From the NCBI RefSeq assembly GCF_016433145.1, contig NC_058135.1, positions 275,136,214 to 275,200,213 of the forward strand: 64,000 nucleotides of DNA, given 5' to 3'. The number at the start of each line of letters is the position of its first letter. Position 1 is the first letter of the stretch. A program made the position numbers and the translations under genes. Source of the stretch: Gracilinanus agilis. Taxonomy: Eukaryota. Of this stretch, positions 37,601 through 49,640 are shown piece after piece. Under the pieces are notes generated by a model that saw only the letters and a program-made list of their open reading frames with translations, did no database searches and had not been told where the DNA came from.

Positions 37601-37806
37601 CATTTAGAACTGACCAAAAGTGAAATGGAATGTCTTGGTAGGGATTAGATTCTCCCTCAATCAACATTACAAAGAAAAAGATTGCTGATCACTTCTCAGA
37701 TATGTCAAGCAGGAGTCTTTTTCATGTATATGTTGGATGCAATGGCCCTTGATTGCACTTCCCGATTAAATTATTTGAATTTTTACCTGGATTTTATTCT
37801 CTAGTT

Positions 37807-38014
37807 CAGTGATGAGCAAACTATAGCCTCTGGGCCAGATGCAGCCCCCAGAAATGTTCTATCTGGCCACGTGACATTATTACTAATCTTATGAATACAA
37901 TGATACAATATGATACAATAAAATGAAACTTCGAAAGAGTTGCCTTAGAAACAGACTGATAGATGAGCATTTCCTTTCCTTTGGCCCCCTCTTTAAAAAG
38001 TTTGCCCATCAATT
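37807..38014 (+). mobile_element. hAT MITE family A, copy 2
   Basis: CAGTGATGAGCAAA...TTTGCCCATCAATT; TSD CTCTAGTT/CTCTAGTC. Absent from the paralogous site near 24495. Confidence 0.9.
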
Positions 38015-38273
38015 CTCTAGTCATTAGAAGAATAGTGACTTCAAAGAACATCAAAAGTACTTTCTCAGATTTTTCAATCTATATAAATTCCCATTAGGCT
38101 CCCTATTATTTGAAAGCAGAGAAAAAATTAGGTGGGATTTTGCTTCATATGTTATAGTTTTATTACCTAGTAGAGTTCTATGCAAATAATAGGCATTCAA
38201 TATTTGTTTTTTTAATATTATTTTTAACCTGTTTTCAAGACTGATTTTCTGATTCTTTCCCTCAGCATGAATC

Positions 38274-39218
38274 ATGGTGACCAGTGAGAGAAATCACAGT
38301 TCTATTGCTACATTTGTGCTCTTAGGTTTCACAGATTACCCAGACCTTCAGGTGCCCCTGTTCCTAGTATTCCTGATCATATATTCAATAACTGTGGTGG
38401 GAAATCTAGGAATGATTGGCATCATTCGAATCAATCCCAAACTTCACACTCCTATGTACTTTTTCCTCAGCCACTTGTCCTTTGTGGATTTCTGTTACTC
38501 CTCCATCATTGCTCCCAAGATGTTGGTAGATTTACTCATAGAAGACAGAAGCATCTCCTTCTCTGGGTGTTTGGTACAATTCTTTTTCTTTTGTACTTTT
38601 GTGGTGACCGAATCTTTCTTATTGGCAGTGATGGCCTATGATCGCTTTGTGGCCATTTGCAATCCTTTGTTGTACACAGTTGCCATGTCCCAGAAGCTTT
38701 GTGCCCTGTTGGTGGCAGGGTCCTATACATGGGGTATGGTCTGTTCCCTCCTACTCACATGTTCTGCTGTCCAATTATCATTTTATGGATCTAACACAAT
38801 TAATCACTTTTTCTGTGAATTCTCATCTCTGCTGACTCTCTCTTATTCTGATACACATTTCAACCAGATGCTGCTTTTCATCTCTGCCACTTTTAATGAA
38901 GTGAGCACACTTTTGATTATCCTGGCCTCTTATGTATTCATTTTTGTTACTGTCCTGAAGATGAATTCATCTAGTGGGAGACGTAAAGCCTTCTCTACAT
39001 GTGCCTCTCACCTGATGGCCATCACTATCTTTCATGGGACCATTCTCTTCCTCTATTGTGTTCCCAACTCCAAGAACTCAAGGCATACAGTGAAAGTAGC
39101 CTCTGTGTTTTATACAGTGGTAATCCCTATGCTAAATCCTCTAATCTATAGCCTGAGGAACAAAGATGTAAAAGAAACAGCCATGAAGTTAATGGACATT
39201 AAAATTTCTTCTCCATGA
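38274..39218 (+). CDS. OR5D18-like: olfactory receptor OR5D18-like, paralog b (314 aa); closest in this window to recalled mouse mOR-EG
   Basis: [78 protein letters not shown]. Acceptor CCCTCAG at 38265. Confidence 0.94.
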   Translation: MVTSERNHSSIATFVLLGFTDYPDLQVPLFLVFLIIYSITVVGNLGMIGIIRINPKLHTPMYFFLSHLSFVDFCYSSIIAPKMLVDLLIEDRSISFSGCLVQFFFFCTFVVTESFLLAVMAYDRFVAICNPLLYTVAMSQKLCALLVAGSYTWGMVCSLLLTCSAVQLSFYGSNTINHFFCEFSSLLTLSYSDTHFNQMLLFISATFNEVSTLLIILASYVFIFVTVLKMNSSSGRRKAFSTCASHLMAITIFHGTILFLYCVPNSKNSRHTVKVASVFYTVVIPMLNPLIYSLRNKDVKETAMKLMDIKISSP

Positions 39219-39329
39219 GCATATCTTCAATTAATTAGATACTTCCAATGAGAAATATATAAATCAACATCTCATACTAGATATGCTCCAATTGGATACT
39301 TGATTAAGATGAAAAAATCTTTTCCTATA

Positions 39330-40900
39330 ACAATGAAATTAGAGAAATATGAGGGGCTAGGCATTAACTGATCAGATTTTTATTAAAGAAAGCTCATGAC
39401 AAAAGAATGGATGAAGAGGATTTTTTAAAAAGATGAAATACAAATTTTTATTAAAGTTAAACAGTTTTATACAAAAATTTTCAATAAAGGTAATTTTAAA
39501 AGGAAATAGTAATTCGGGGAAGTTTTAGAACACACTTCACTGATTGGATTCTCATTTCTTAGATATATGAAAGTAATTCAAATTTACAAAAAAAATATAA
39601 GCTATTCTCTATATTTAAAAGGATAAAGGGTATAAACACTATTCTAAAGAGGAAAAACAATTTATCTATATATTTATGAAAAATGTTTCTAATAACTATG
39701 AATTAGAGATAGGTAAAATAAAATGTATCTTACTAAGAACTTTGAGATTGTTGAAGATAACAAAATCGATAAATATTAAAGGAATTAAGAGAAAGTACAC
39801 ATAGTAATATACTATTGTTGGTCCTGGAATGTGTACAAATATTGAGAAAAGTAACATGGGATTATATAAGAAAACATGAAAAATAGTTTACTTTAACTGC
39901 AGTATTTATCTGCAAGGTGTATACTTAAAAGGACAAAGAAACAGAAATTTCTATATGTACTAAAATAATTTTAACCTTTTTGACATAGCAAAAATGAGGA
40001 AGCAAAAAGGGTACCCATCAAATAAAAAATTCATAGTATAGATTCTGATCTGAAAATTAAATGGAGGGGGCAGCTGGGTAGCTCAGTGGATTGAGAGCCA
40101 GGCCTAGAGACGGGAGGTCCTAGGTTCAAATCTGGCCTCAGACACTTCCCAGCTGTGTGACCCTGGGCAAGTCACTTGACCCCCATTGCCTACCCTTACC
40201 ACTCTTCTACCTTGGAGCCAATACACAGTATTGACTCCAAGATGGAAGGTAAGGGTTATAAAAAAAAAAAAAAAAAAAAAAATTAAATGGAATACTATTG
40301 AGCTAAAGGAAATAAGAAAATAGATTATTTCAGAGATGTGGACAATCTAATATGAGCTAACACAAACTGTAGCATAACTAGAATCAATATTATGAACACG
40401 AAAAATTTTGAAGATTTTTATAAAATAAATTAAACTAAAATAATCAGAACTGGAAGAACCATTTATAAAATAGCACTGTTGAATATTTTGAATGTTGTAA
40501 GAATTATGATAAATAAAATTACCATCAGTGTTTTCAATGGATCAAAGTTGAAACCTGCTATCAATTCCTGATGGAGTGATGATGGATTTAGCCTGCAGAA
40601 GGATAAGCATTTTTTTCATACAATCATTGACATAATTTCTTATACTTGACTATGAATGTTTGTTGGATTTTTTCTTTTACCTTTTTTGTTCAGTGACATA
40701 TAGGATGGGAAGTAGAGAAAATAGTTTTCAGTTAATTAAAAAAAATAAAAATGGATTCTTTACAAGGATACCACAAATGTGGAATATGGCATATACTTTC
40801 AGTTAAGGTTTAATATTTTTTATTGACAGCTCATAAATTAGGCATAATCTAGAAATGTTTATAATGTAAAAACATGTAAATATTTTTTGATGGTAGAGAA
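39330..40900 (+). mobile_element. old degraded L1 ORF2 3'/UTR fragment (contains a young SINE)
   Basis: A-rich, L1-like sequence (TTAAAGTTAAACAGTTTTATACAAAA, AAGGGTACCCATCA, GAATACTATTGAGCT). Confidence 0.55.
40066..40282 (+). mobile_element. young SINE1_Mdo-type SINE
   Basis: Near-consensus full-length element with a poly(A) of about 23 nt and TSD AAAATTAAATGGA. Confidence 0.95.
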
Positions 40901-41220
40901 AAGACAAGCTGTAAATGCATGTGGTCCTTGGATTTTAAATTAGACATATATGCAATGTATTTTCAAGTATAATTATTTGATTCTTGGAATATAGTTTTTC
41001 ACATTAAAAAGATGGATGATGCATAGATTTCCTACCAGATGTAATAACATTGTGGAATACATGAGCTTCAGTGGCCCAAGTTGGAACATTATCCATTTGT
41101 CATCATGGAAATGAATTATACGAATGACAAAATTTTGGACTAAGATAGCTTTTTCTCTTCTTTCAGTATCACAGACCAGAAACACACAGTGGAAAGATAA
41201 AATCCTATTATGTGAGTTAG

Positions 41221-41243
41221 TGTGTGTGTGTGTGTGTGTGTGT
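41221..41243. repeat. (TG)n microsatellite
   Basis: Directly visible. Confidence 0.95.
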
Positions 41244-42234
41244 ATGTAGGGAGGGGTATATTTCTTCCCAAATTCCTCATTTTAAGTATCTTCAGACTTC
41301 ATGTATGTTCAATAGGGAAAATTCTGCTTATAAATACTTCTTTGGGGGTTTCACTGCAGCTATTGTCATGAGTGAATAAAAAGTATGATTTTATTTTAAT
41401 AACATTTTTGTTTTTCAAAAGAAATTGACATGAGCAATAATGGCTAAATTTCCTGTAATTATTAGAAAAGTAAAATGTTCAGAACTAAATTTCCTGCATG
41501 AATAAAATATAAAAAGCCATTGGGGGCCTAATTGTTATTTAGATCGTTGATTCATGGAAATATTTATAAAATATTTCATAAATGCAATTAAAACATAGTC
41601 CAATCATATTTTATTGATTTGAATTCTTTAGAACAATTAAATATTTTATTTTCTGTTTCTTTTCATAGTATGGAGATATTGAAATTAATTATTTTTCAAC
41701 TTTTTTCCTTGCCTTACAAATAACATTTGATTTCAGAATATTGATCTAAGTGATTTTTCATTTTATTTTATATCATTTGACTTTCTAAAAAAAATTATGC
41801 TTCAGGGTACACAATGTCCTTGACTTCATGCAGTCTGTAACATGGCTTTCTTTCAAAATAATATGTGAATAAAATGCTTACTCAGTCAATTTGTTGACCT
41901 CAATAAAGATGCTCATTTTTACTTGCTTAAACCTCTGTTGATTTTTTAAAATGAAAATTCAAACGATTATTTTTTCAGTATCGGAAATCACTTAGTGTGG
42001 TGGATGGCCCATTGTACTCTACATTGATTAGTAAAAAATTGAATTATTTTGCTCTTTGAAAACTTAAAACTGTCAAGAGTATGGCAAATAGAAGAATTGA
42101 AGAATTTGAATTCATGCCGTATAGAACGAATTGAAGAAAAATGTGATATTTTATTTATAAAATTGAAGATTAGTGGGTAAAATGAGAATAACAAAATAAT
42201 CTAAATAAAGACCTCTAAGTATAATGCATTAAGA

Positions 42235-42840
42235 CTGGAATGTCCTGGAACAAAGGGACCGTATTTTTTCCATTTGTTGTCCAGTCAAAGATAACTGAAA
42301 TGATATTACAGAGTGATGTGTTTTTATTTGCATGTAAATTGGATTTAAATGTGGCACAATTGAACAAAGTCATCCACTACACTTTCTCTTCTAGAGTCTT
42401 CAAAGTAAAATGGCAAGACGAAGCTCAAGACAACTGGTGATGCCTAAGGATGTAGTGGATGACTTTAGTGTCTTGACATTTGAGGAAGCTCTGTTTCACA
42501 ATGCCCAACTCCACTGTCTTCATGATCATAGGAACAAATTGTTCTTTTTTCCCTTCCATGGAAGTCAATGTTCATATGTCTGGCACAGACTCCACCCCAC
42601 TTCCCAATTCATAGATGTATTTGAGGCTTGCTACTTACCCTCCACCTGGTTTGGCTTGACTTACAAGATGGTTTGCCGGGGTGTGACCTCTGTACAGACT
42701 ACAGCTTATTGGAACCACAGATGAGAGCTGGGTGTGAAGTGGACACCAAAAGAGCCTTAAAAAAGGCTCAGTAAGCCCTCCTACCAGAGCCACTAATCTT
42801 CCCTAAGCATCTACGTACATCATCTTTATAGCAAGGCCTA
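42235..42840. mobile_element. marsupial RTE-related SINE/LINE fragment (WALLSI-like)
   Basis: TTTGCATGTAAATTGGATTTAAATGTGGCAC...CACTTTCTCTTCTAGAGTC resembles recalled marsupial RTE-tail SINEs. Family uncertain. Confidence 0.45.
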
Positions 42841-44874
42841 CCAAATATAAATATTTTGAAACTGCCCTGCTGTTGTTCTCCCATAATATCCTTAACAAGA
42901 ATGGACCTTTAAAACCTATACCTAATTAAATATCAAATCTTTTGAAAGTGAATCCATCTATATTTTAAATCCCTCTCTGGGGCTAAGAAATCATGAAAGG
43001 ATGTGAAGTGAATAAAAACAATCTTTAACCCACTTTATCTAAGTGGCTTCAGGGCATATTTATCATCGTATCTAGACATCCATGAGGATATCAGAGTACA
43101 AGCACCTTGCATCTTTTCTTATGATCTACTGTACCTTTGCCTTCACTAACACCATCTTCCTTATATATACATCCGTACCCGCTTAGCACTTTCTCTTCCT
43201 GTTTGGAAATAAGGATCCAATTGATGCTATCATCACTATTGTAAATGGCTTGGGAATATAATCATTTGTGGCCTTCTTTCACATTTTTCTTGAGTGCTTG
43301 GATCAAATTTTTCTTCTCTGATCATTATTCTCCTACATGTGCTTAAGTTCCTTGAAGACAATGGTTGTCTAAAATTTGCCACAGATTTTTTTTTAACATA
43401 TAGCTACAAACCTTAAAAAAATTATGGGGAAAGAATGTTGAGGTTCTCTCAGAATTAGATTCCTATCTATCTCCTCAAGCTTTAAAAAATTCAATCAAAT
43501 TCCATCATGCAAGTCATCACTAGTTTATCTTTGTCAATCACATCTAGATGTTTTGTCAGTAAGATATGAGAAAAGTGGAACTTCTGACTTTTTTCATAGG
43601 TCTCCCAAAAGTCTTAGTGAAGTTCTATCGTTCTATGGAATCTTAACCCAGGAGTCTGATTTTTGAGACATCCCTTATGTTCAACCCATTTTTGTCTCAG
43701 CATTCTGAAGGGACAAAATGAGTTCATTTTAAATTTATACACTTTTAAATACATTACATTAGGTCCTGATAGAAATGGAACCTATCACTAATTGTATTGG
43801 GGAGAAAGCAAGTGAGAAGTATAATATATTATGTTTTATTAGAAGGCTAAGAATATTAGTAGTAGTGATGGTGTTAGCAATACCATTAGAAGCAACAGTG
43901 GTCATATTAGTAATAATAATAATAATAATATTCAATTGAAAATTGCCTTATTGTTTGCAAGGCACATTACAAATGTTATCTGTAAAAGGATCCATGTAAA
44001 AGGATAAAGGATGTAAAAGGATACATATAAAAGGATCCATGTAAAAGACTACACTGAGAGGGTGAGGGGTAAATGAGTCAGAAGATTCATCCACTGTCAT
44101 CTGGGAAAAATAGAAAGTGAGAAGTCATAAAAATGAAAAAATATATATTTTCTAATTGGTTGAAATATCACTGAGTTTCACACTATGCCACATATGGAAG
44201 GTGATGTTGCCCTGCAAAAGGAAATTGAGATAGACCTCAACCATAGGAAAAAGAGACAGTTAATACTGTCATATGGCCACTAGAAACCTAAATATTTCTA
44301 TTGTCAAAGATATGAAGATTCATTTATAATTAGTGTCTTAGTAAAGATCTTTTTTTTCCTGTTACTTGTTACTAAGACTATGAGAAAATTATTTTTTCTC
44401 TTTAAGTCTCATTTTCTCCATATGTAAACTGAGATGCCCATAAGATTGTTTCTACGGTTTCTAATTATATCTAGGACTATGTCCACTGGATCACTGGATA
44501 CCTTTAGCTACAGGATGACATGTCTGAGAAAGTATCAGGTAAAAGAGGGATTATTGTGACTTTCTGCCAGGTAATGACAAGTTTCATGTAGAGAGAATTA
44601 GACTTTAAGTCAGAGAGCTAGAATTTGTTTTACTCCTGAATAACAATGGATATAGAAATAGGTCATATACATCCTCAGATTCGGTTTTCTCTCTTGAAAT
44701 AATGAGTTCCATTAGATCAAAGGTTATTATAAAATTGATGTAATGGACTCCTTTGACAAACTTATGGAACATATTGACTCTTTTCCATATTAATACCTTT
44801 AAATGCATAAAATAATATATGTAAGATTAAAAAGGAAACCAATAGTATTGAAATACATTTCAAGCATATCTCTG

Positions 44875-44949
<75 letters not shown>
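44875..44949. repeat. (TCTA)n microsatellite
   Basis: About 18 perfect units. Confidence 0.97.
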
Positions 44950-45039
44950 GGATCTACTGTTCTATTGATCTATCTATAATTCCATCAATAAAAGTAAGAC
45001 TTTCAGAATTTCTCACTAGAAATAAACATGTGAGCATCT

Positions 45040-45260
45040 AGGATGTACAGTGAATAGAGTATTGGGTCTGATGTTAGAAAGACTAATTTTCCTGAATTCA
45101 AATCTGACCTCAGACACTCAGGATCTGTGTGACCCTGGGTAAGTCACTCAGCCCTGCACATTTCAATTTCTTAATGGTAAATTTCTCCTGTATATTTGCC
45201 AAGAAAACCTCAAGTGGGATCACAAAAAGTGGAACACAATTGAAAACAATTGAACAACAA
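45040..45260 (+). mobile_element. MAR1-type SINE
   Basis: CAGTGAATAGAGTATTGGGTCTG...TCAAATCTGACCTCAGACAC...TATTTGCCAAGAAAACC. Confidence 0.7.
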
Positions 45261-45908
45261 ACAAAAATCTCTGGAACAGTTTAGATGTTCTCAGTCTGAT
45301 GAATATGCCCATATCTTGGAGGCTGACAAGGCTGCCTTAATTGCTATAGTCTTGAATTAAAAAAATAAATAAATAAAAGTTTCATTTGCAAGATTTTCCT
45401 TTTTCCCTCAAACATCAACAGCTATTTAAATATCTTGAATTATCATTTAATTGTTAACAGATATGATCATTTAAATGTTAACAGATAAAATGTTTGTATC
45501 ATTATATTTCCTTGGAGTAATATCCATTAAAATGCAAATAATATAATACATATGAAATAAATATATATGACCTAATATTTAGCATTTAACTAGTGGATAA
45601 GAAATTAAAGATGGAGAAACCAGGCTAATTATGATTTTATCTGCTCAATATTAGATATTTTGAATCAATTTACTGTCAACTTAATTCCACCCTCAATTGA
45701 TATAAAAATGAAACTAAATTAAAATTATGATTTATCTACTGTAATTAACAAACCTCCATATATATCATAATCTTAAAATATAACAGCTCTCTACCTCAAT
45801 TATAAGATAACTGGGTATAAATAGACTTGCATTTTTATGTCAAAGAGTGATGGTGTAAAACGTTTTCAAAGTTAGAAGTAGTATATAAATGTGTACTTTA
45901 ATTACTAA

Positions 45909-46398
45909 TGTAGATTTCAACTCACATAAAGGAACTGTAAAAGGGAATTCTCTATCTCTTTCTCTAATTTAACTGGGGCCTTGGGGTCCTTTTACCATAG
46001 AGATGTGTAAAGATATATCATCCCACAGTGAAAGGAAGTAGAAACCAGAGGAACAGGAAGAGAGGTAAGAGGGGGTTATAAAAGGCCAGCATGGGGACTC
46101 TTTGGACCTTTTTTTTGGGTTAGGAGTTGGTTGTTGGGAGGTGGTTGGTCATTGGTAGTTGGTTGTTGTGTGTTGGTTGCTAGTGGTGTGGGTTGTTGAT
46201 TAGTTGCTAGTTGGTTGCTTGTGAGCTGAGCTGAAGGGTGATCAGCTGGACTTTCTTCTATAGGCAGTTATAGGTAGTTATAGGATAGCTAGTTAGTTAT
46301 TAGGCAATTTATTTCTCTACCTCTTTCCTGTATTTCCCTCCTTTTTACCATATATTCATTAAAATTAAATTTTAAAAAGCTGTTCTCTTATTTTGTCA
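45909..46398 (+). mobile_element. solo LTR in sense orientation upstream of the OR5L-like promoter
   Basis: Starts TGTAG; TATAAAA at 46077-83, ATTAAA at 46358-63, GT-rich tract. Absent from the paralogous block near 27935. Confidence 0.65.
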
Positions 46399-46749
46399 AA
46401 GTCCAATTTAAACACTATAGAACCTTAAGGAAATGAGAAGTTTGAAGATTGCTAGGAGAGAGAAAAATTTTCTAGGCCATTTCCATCTTATTGAAACAAA
46501 ATATCCATGTTTAACCCTGGTGGACAAGAACATGAATTGCAATAACAAGTCTCTGTCATCAAATCTAAGAAGTGAAAAAAGCCAAGTGCTCAACTATAAC
46601 ATATATTTGTCATAGAATTCATACAAGCTATTTTTGTTGGGAGAAGGGTATAAACATTTTGTTTCAGATACCCAGAAAGTGTATACATTTGTTTTGATTG
46701 CCAATTTGCAACCCACGAAGGAACATAACTTCAGGAGGATACTTGGGGG

Positions 46750-47085
46750 ACTCAATTCACAGAGGAAACAAATGAATTATAAAATCCCTTGCCTTTCAAA
46801 CACAGAGAAATTTTCTGTGTGAGAGATTCAGATATCTCTTTCTCAACCCTATATATTGGCTAAACAGTGTCAGCCTATTTTGGTAAGTAAAACTTAAAGG
46901 ATATGTGATTGTGTTTTTTAATTAAAACTAATTTTAAAATACCTTACAGAAGGAGAAATGTTATAATTGTGCTCTCATTCTAGAATTCTTCTTGATAATG
47001 TTTTCCCTACCTCTTTTGTTAGAGAATTCATATGTGAAGATTTATTTTATGCTGTAATAAATGGAAAATGAACATTAGGTAATAG
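46750..47085 (+). promoter_or_regulatory. candidate promoter and two non-coding exons of the OR5L-like gene
   Basis: TTCACAGAGG/AATGAATTA/ATCCCTTG cluster (46756-91), donor TG|GTAAGT (46883), acceptor TTTGTTAG (47022), donor CATTAG|GTAATA (47079). Confidence 0.6.
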
Positions 47086-49037
47086 TGATTATATTATTAA
47101 AATAATATAAAAATAATCCTATTATCAAAGAATAACCTTCAAAGACATATAATGCTTTAAGGTTTGTAATTTTTTCATATGTGTTTACTCATAACCCCTC
47201 TTTTCTCAGTCTTAAGGCAAGAAGATATGATTAGAGGCAACAGTCAAGATCTATAGCTTGAGAAGCTACCAGAGAAAAGGCCCATTCACAATTGAAGTAT
47301 ATTCAAGATAAGTGTACGCCTGGATATGTGTCCAATGATGTATCCAGATTTTCCTCTAAGTTCTCTCTTTGTGCCCAGCAAGGTGTAAAGACATGACTTT
47401 TAGAATTGTGCATGCACAAACAGACTCAGGATTTGACTCTTTCTTCTCATCCTTCTGATAATGCCATGTACTTTTGGTTAGCCCTTCCCTTGGAAATATC
47501 ACCAAAACTGTCCTTAATTAACCAACAAGAGACTGACTTCTTTCCTACAGGTTAGCACATTGGACTGATTTTTTTTCATAGTATAGACATAGAATATTTT
47601 TTCCCCAGAATGGTTACTAACTACTTATGTAAACTACAAAAATATTTACTTCTATCTTCTGGACCTCATTTTTTCAAATTTAAATAAGTGAATTAGATAA
47701 TTAACTGCTAATATTCCTGCCCGTCTAAATCTACAATTCCATGATTCTTTTTGAATCAGGGAAGTGGTGAATCATAGTTTCATGGTTTCTATTTCCCTAC
47801 CTTGTTTTCCTCTCAAACTGTATTCATATGCAGGTCAAAGGAAGATTCATTATTTCTAGTAAAAGAGATTCTCCCATTTTCCAAAATGGTGCAAGGTTAT
47901 AAATATAATATGCCCCCCTAAAGAAGTCATTGTCAGTCATTACTTACTGATTTTCAAACTTCCAAGACAAAAAAAGGAATATACTGAGCAATAACCTTAA
48001 GGATACTTAACCTCCAAAGGAAATGACATTCTAATACACTACATTGGGTACAGTATAGACACACATATAGCTGGCATTTACATAGAGCTTTAAGGATTAA
48101 AGAACTCATTTCCTATTTCTTATATTTTAATGCCACAATAACCCTATAAAATAGATGTGGTTAGCATTAATATCTCCATTTTGTACCAGATGGATCTTGG
48201 GTTCAGAAAACTTAAATGACTTAAGAATAATCAATTAAATGAAAAATACTGGAATTAGGATTACAACACAGGTTTTTCCTGAAGAGATTAGACTAGCTGG
48301 ACTCTAAGGACTCTTCCAATTCTCAATCTTTGCACCTATGCTCCTATTATTCCAAATCTTGTATTCCTTGATAGCCTCATGTGCCTTTATGTAAGTAAAA
48401 AATGTATGATATATATGTATATAAATACTATATGTATATATGTGTGTGTGTCTGTGTGTATAATGTGTGTGTCTTCCTATATGTATAGATATGTGTGTAT
48501 AAAACTTTAGGTTGTATGTAGGATAGATGAAATAGGCATAGTATAATAAAATTTTACATGATGTGTTTGACAAAGGAAGTTGAACTTGAAGTGGCCACTA
48601 AACTAGATGAAATCCCATCTATCTGATCCTAGAATTGTTCCAAAGGTAAAATCCAAAGTTTTTTGATTGATTGAAATTTTTGATGGAAAAATTAAAAAAT
48701 ATATATATATATACTTGTATATTTAGCTTTATTGCATGCATAAGGAATATTTCATAAGTAAATTGAACAGTGATTTTTAGAAATGGTAACATTTATAAGT
48801 GTGGGATGTGTGCGTGTAGGTATGTGTGGGGAAGAAAGTGAAAGATACAAAGATACAAAGGCAGAGACAGAGACAGAAACAAAGATAAAGATATATGTAT
48901 ATATAGAAAGAGAGACAAAGAGAAAGTTCTAGAGAGACAAAGAAAGTTGAATTTCTTAGCTTCTTTGGAATTGACACAATCCATATAGCTAGGTTATACA
49001 TGTGATCTGATCTTTCAACAAGGAGTATACTATATGT

Positions 49038-49241
49038 CAGTGATGGGCAAACTATGGCCTATGGGCCAGATGTGGCCCCCTGAAATGTTCTATCTGGCTG
49101 GGTGACATTATTCCTAATCTGATGAATACAATGAGTAGAATACAATACAATGAAACTTTGAAAGAGTTGCCTTAGAAACAGACTGACAGAAGAGCATTTC
49201 CTTTCCTTTGGCCCCCTATTTAAACAATTTGCCCATCACTG
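49038..49241 (+). mobile_element. hAT MITE family A, copy 3
   Basis: CAGTGATGGGCAAA...TTTGCCCATCACTG; perfect TSD CTATATGT. Confidence 0.95.
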
Positions 49242-49267
49242 CTATATGTGGTACATACAGTCAGAAC

Positions 49268-49270
<3 letters not shown>

Positions 49271-49307
<37 letters not shown>
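49271..49307. repeat. (TA)n microsatellite
   Basis: Directly visible. Confidence 0.95.
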
Positions 49308-49310
<3 letters not shown>

Positions 49311-49640
49311 CAGGTAGTATATATGATCAACATATTATTGTCTGTTTCACAGATATTTTCATTATCTATATGGCATATTGATCTATATAATATCTATCAC
49401 CATACATGTTGTGCTTGATCTGAATGGTATCTCTGCATGGTGTGTGTATTCTCAATTCTATTTCTATGATCTTTAAAGTATAGACATCAAGGTAACACAA
49501 TATAATTATATAAAATTTCTCTCCTAGTACATATGCATTGTTTTTTATTCTGATTTTTTTTCTACTAGGACATGGTTAAAACTGATTCGTGGATCAGATT
49601 TTTCATTTCGGCTCTATTTAACCTCTAATATAACAAAATA

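Noticed and set aside
40066-40140. tRNA gene
   Set aside because: This is the tRNA-derived head (A/B boxes) of a SINE with a tail, poly(A) and TSD. The same applies to the other SINE copies.
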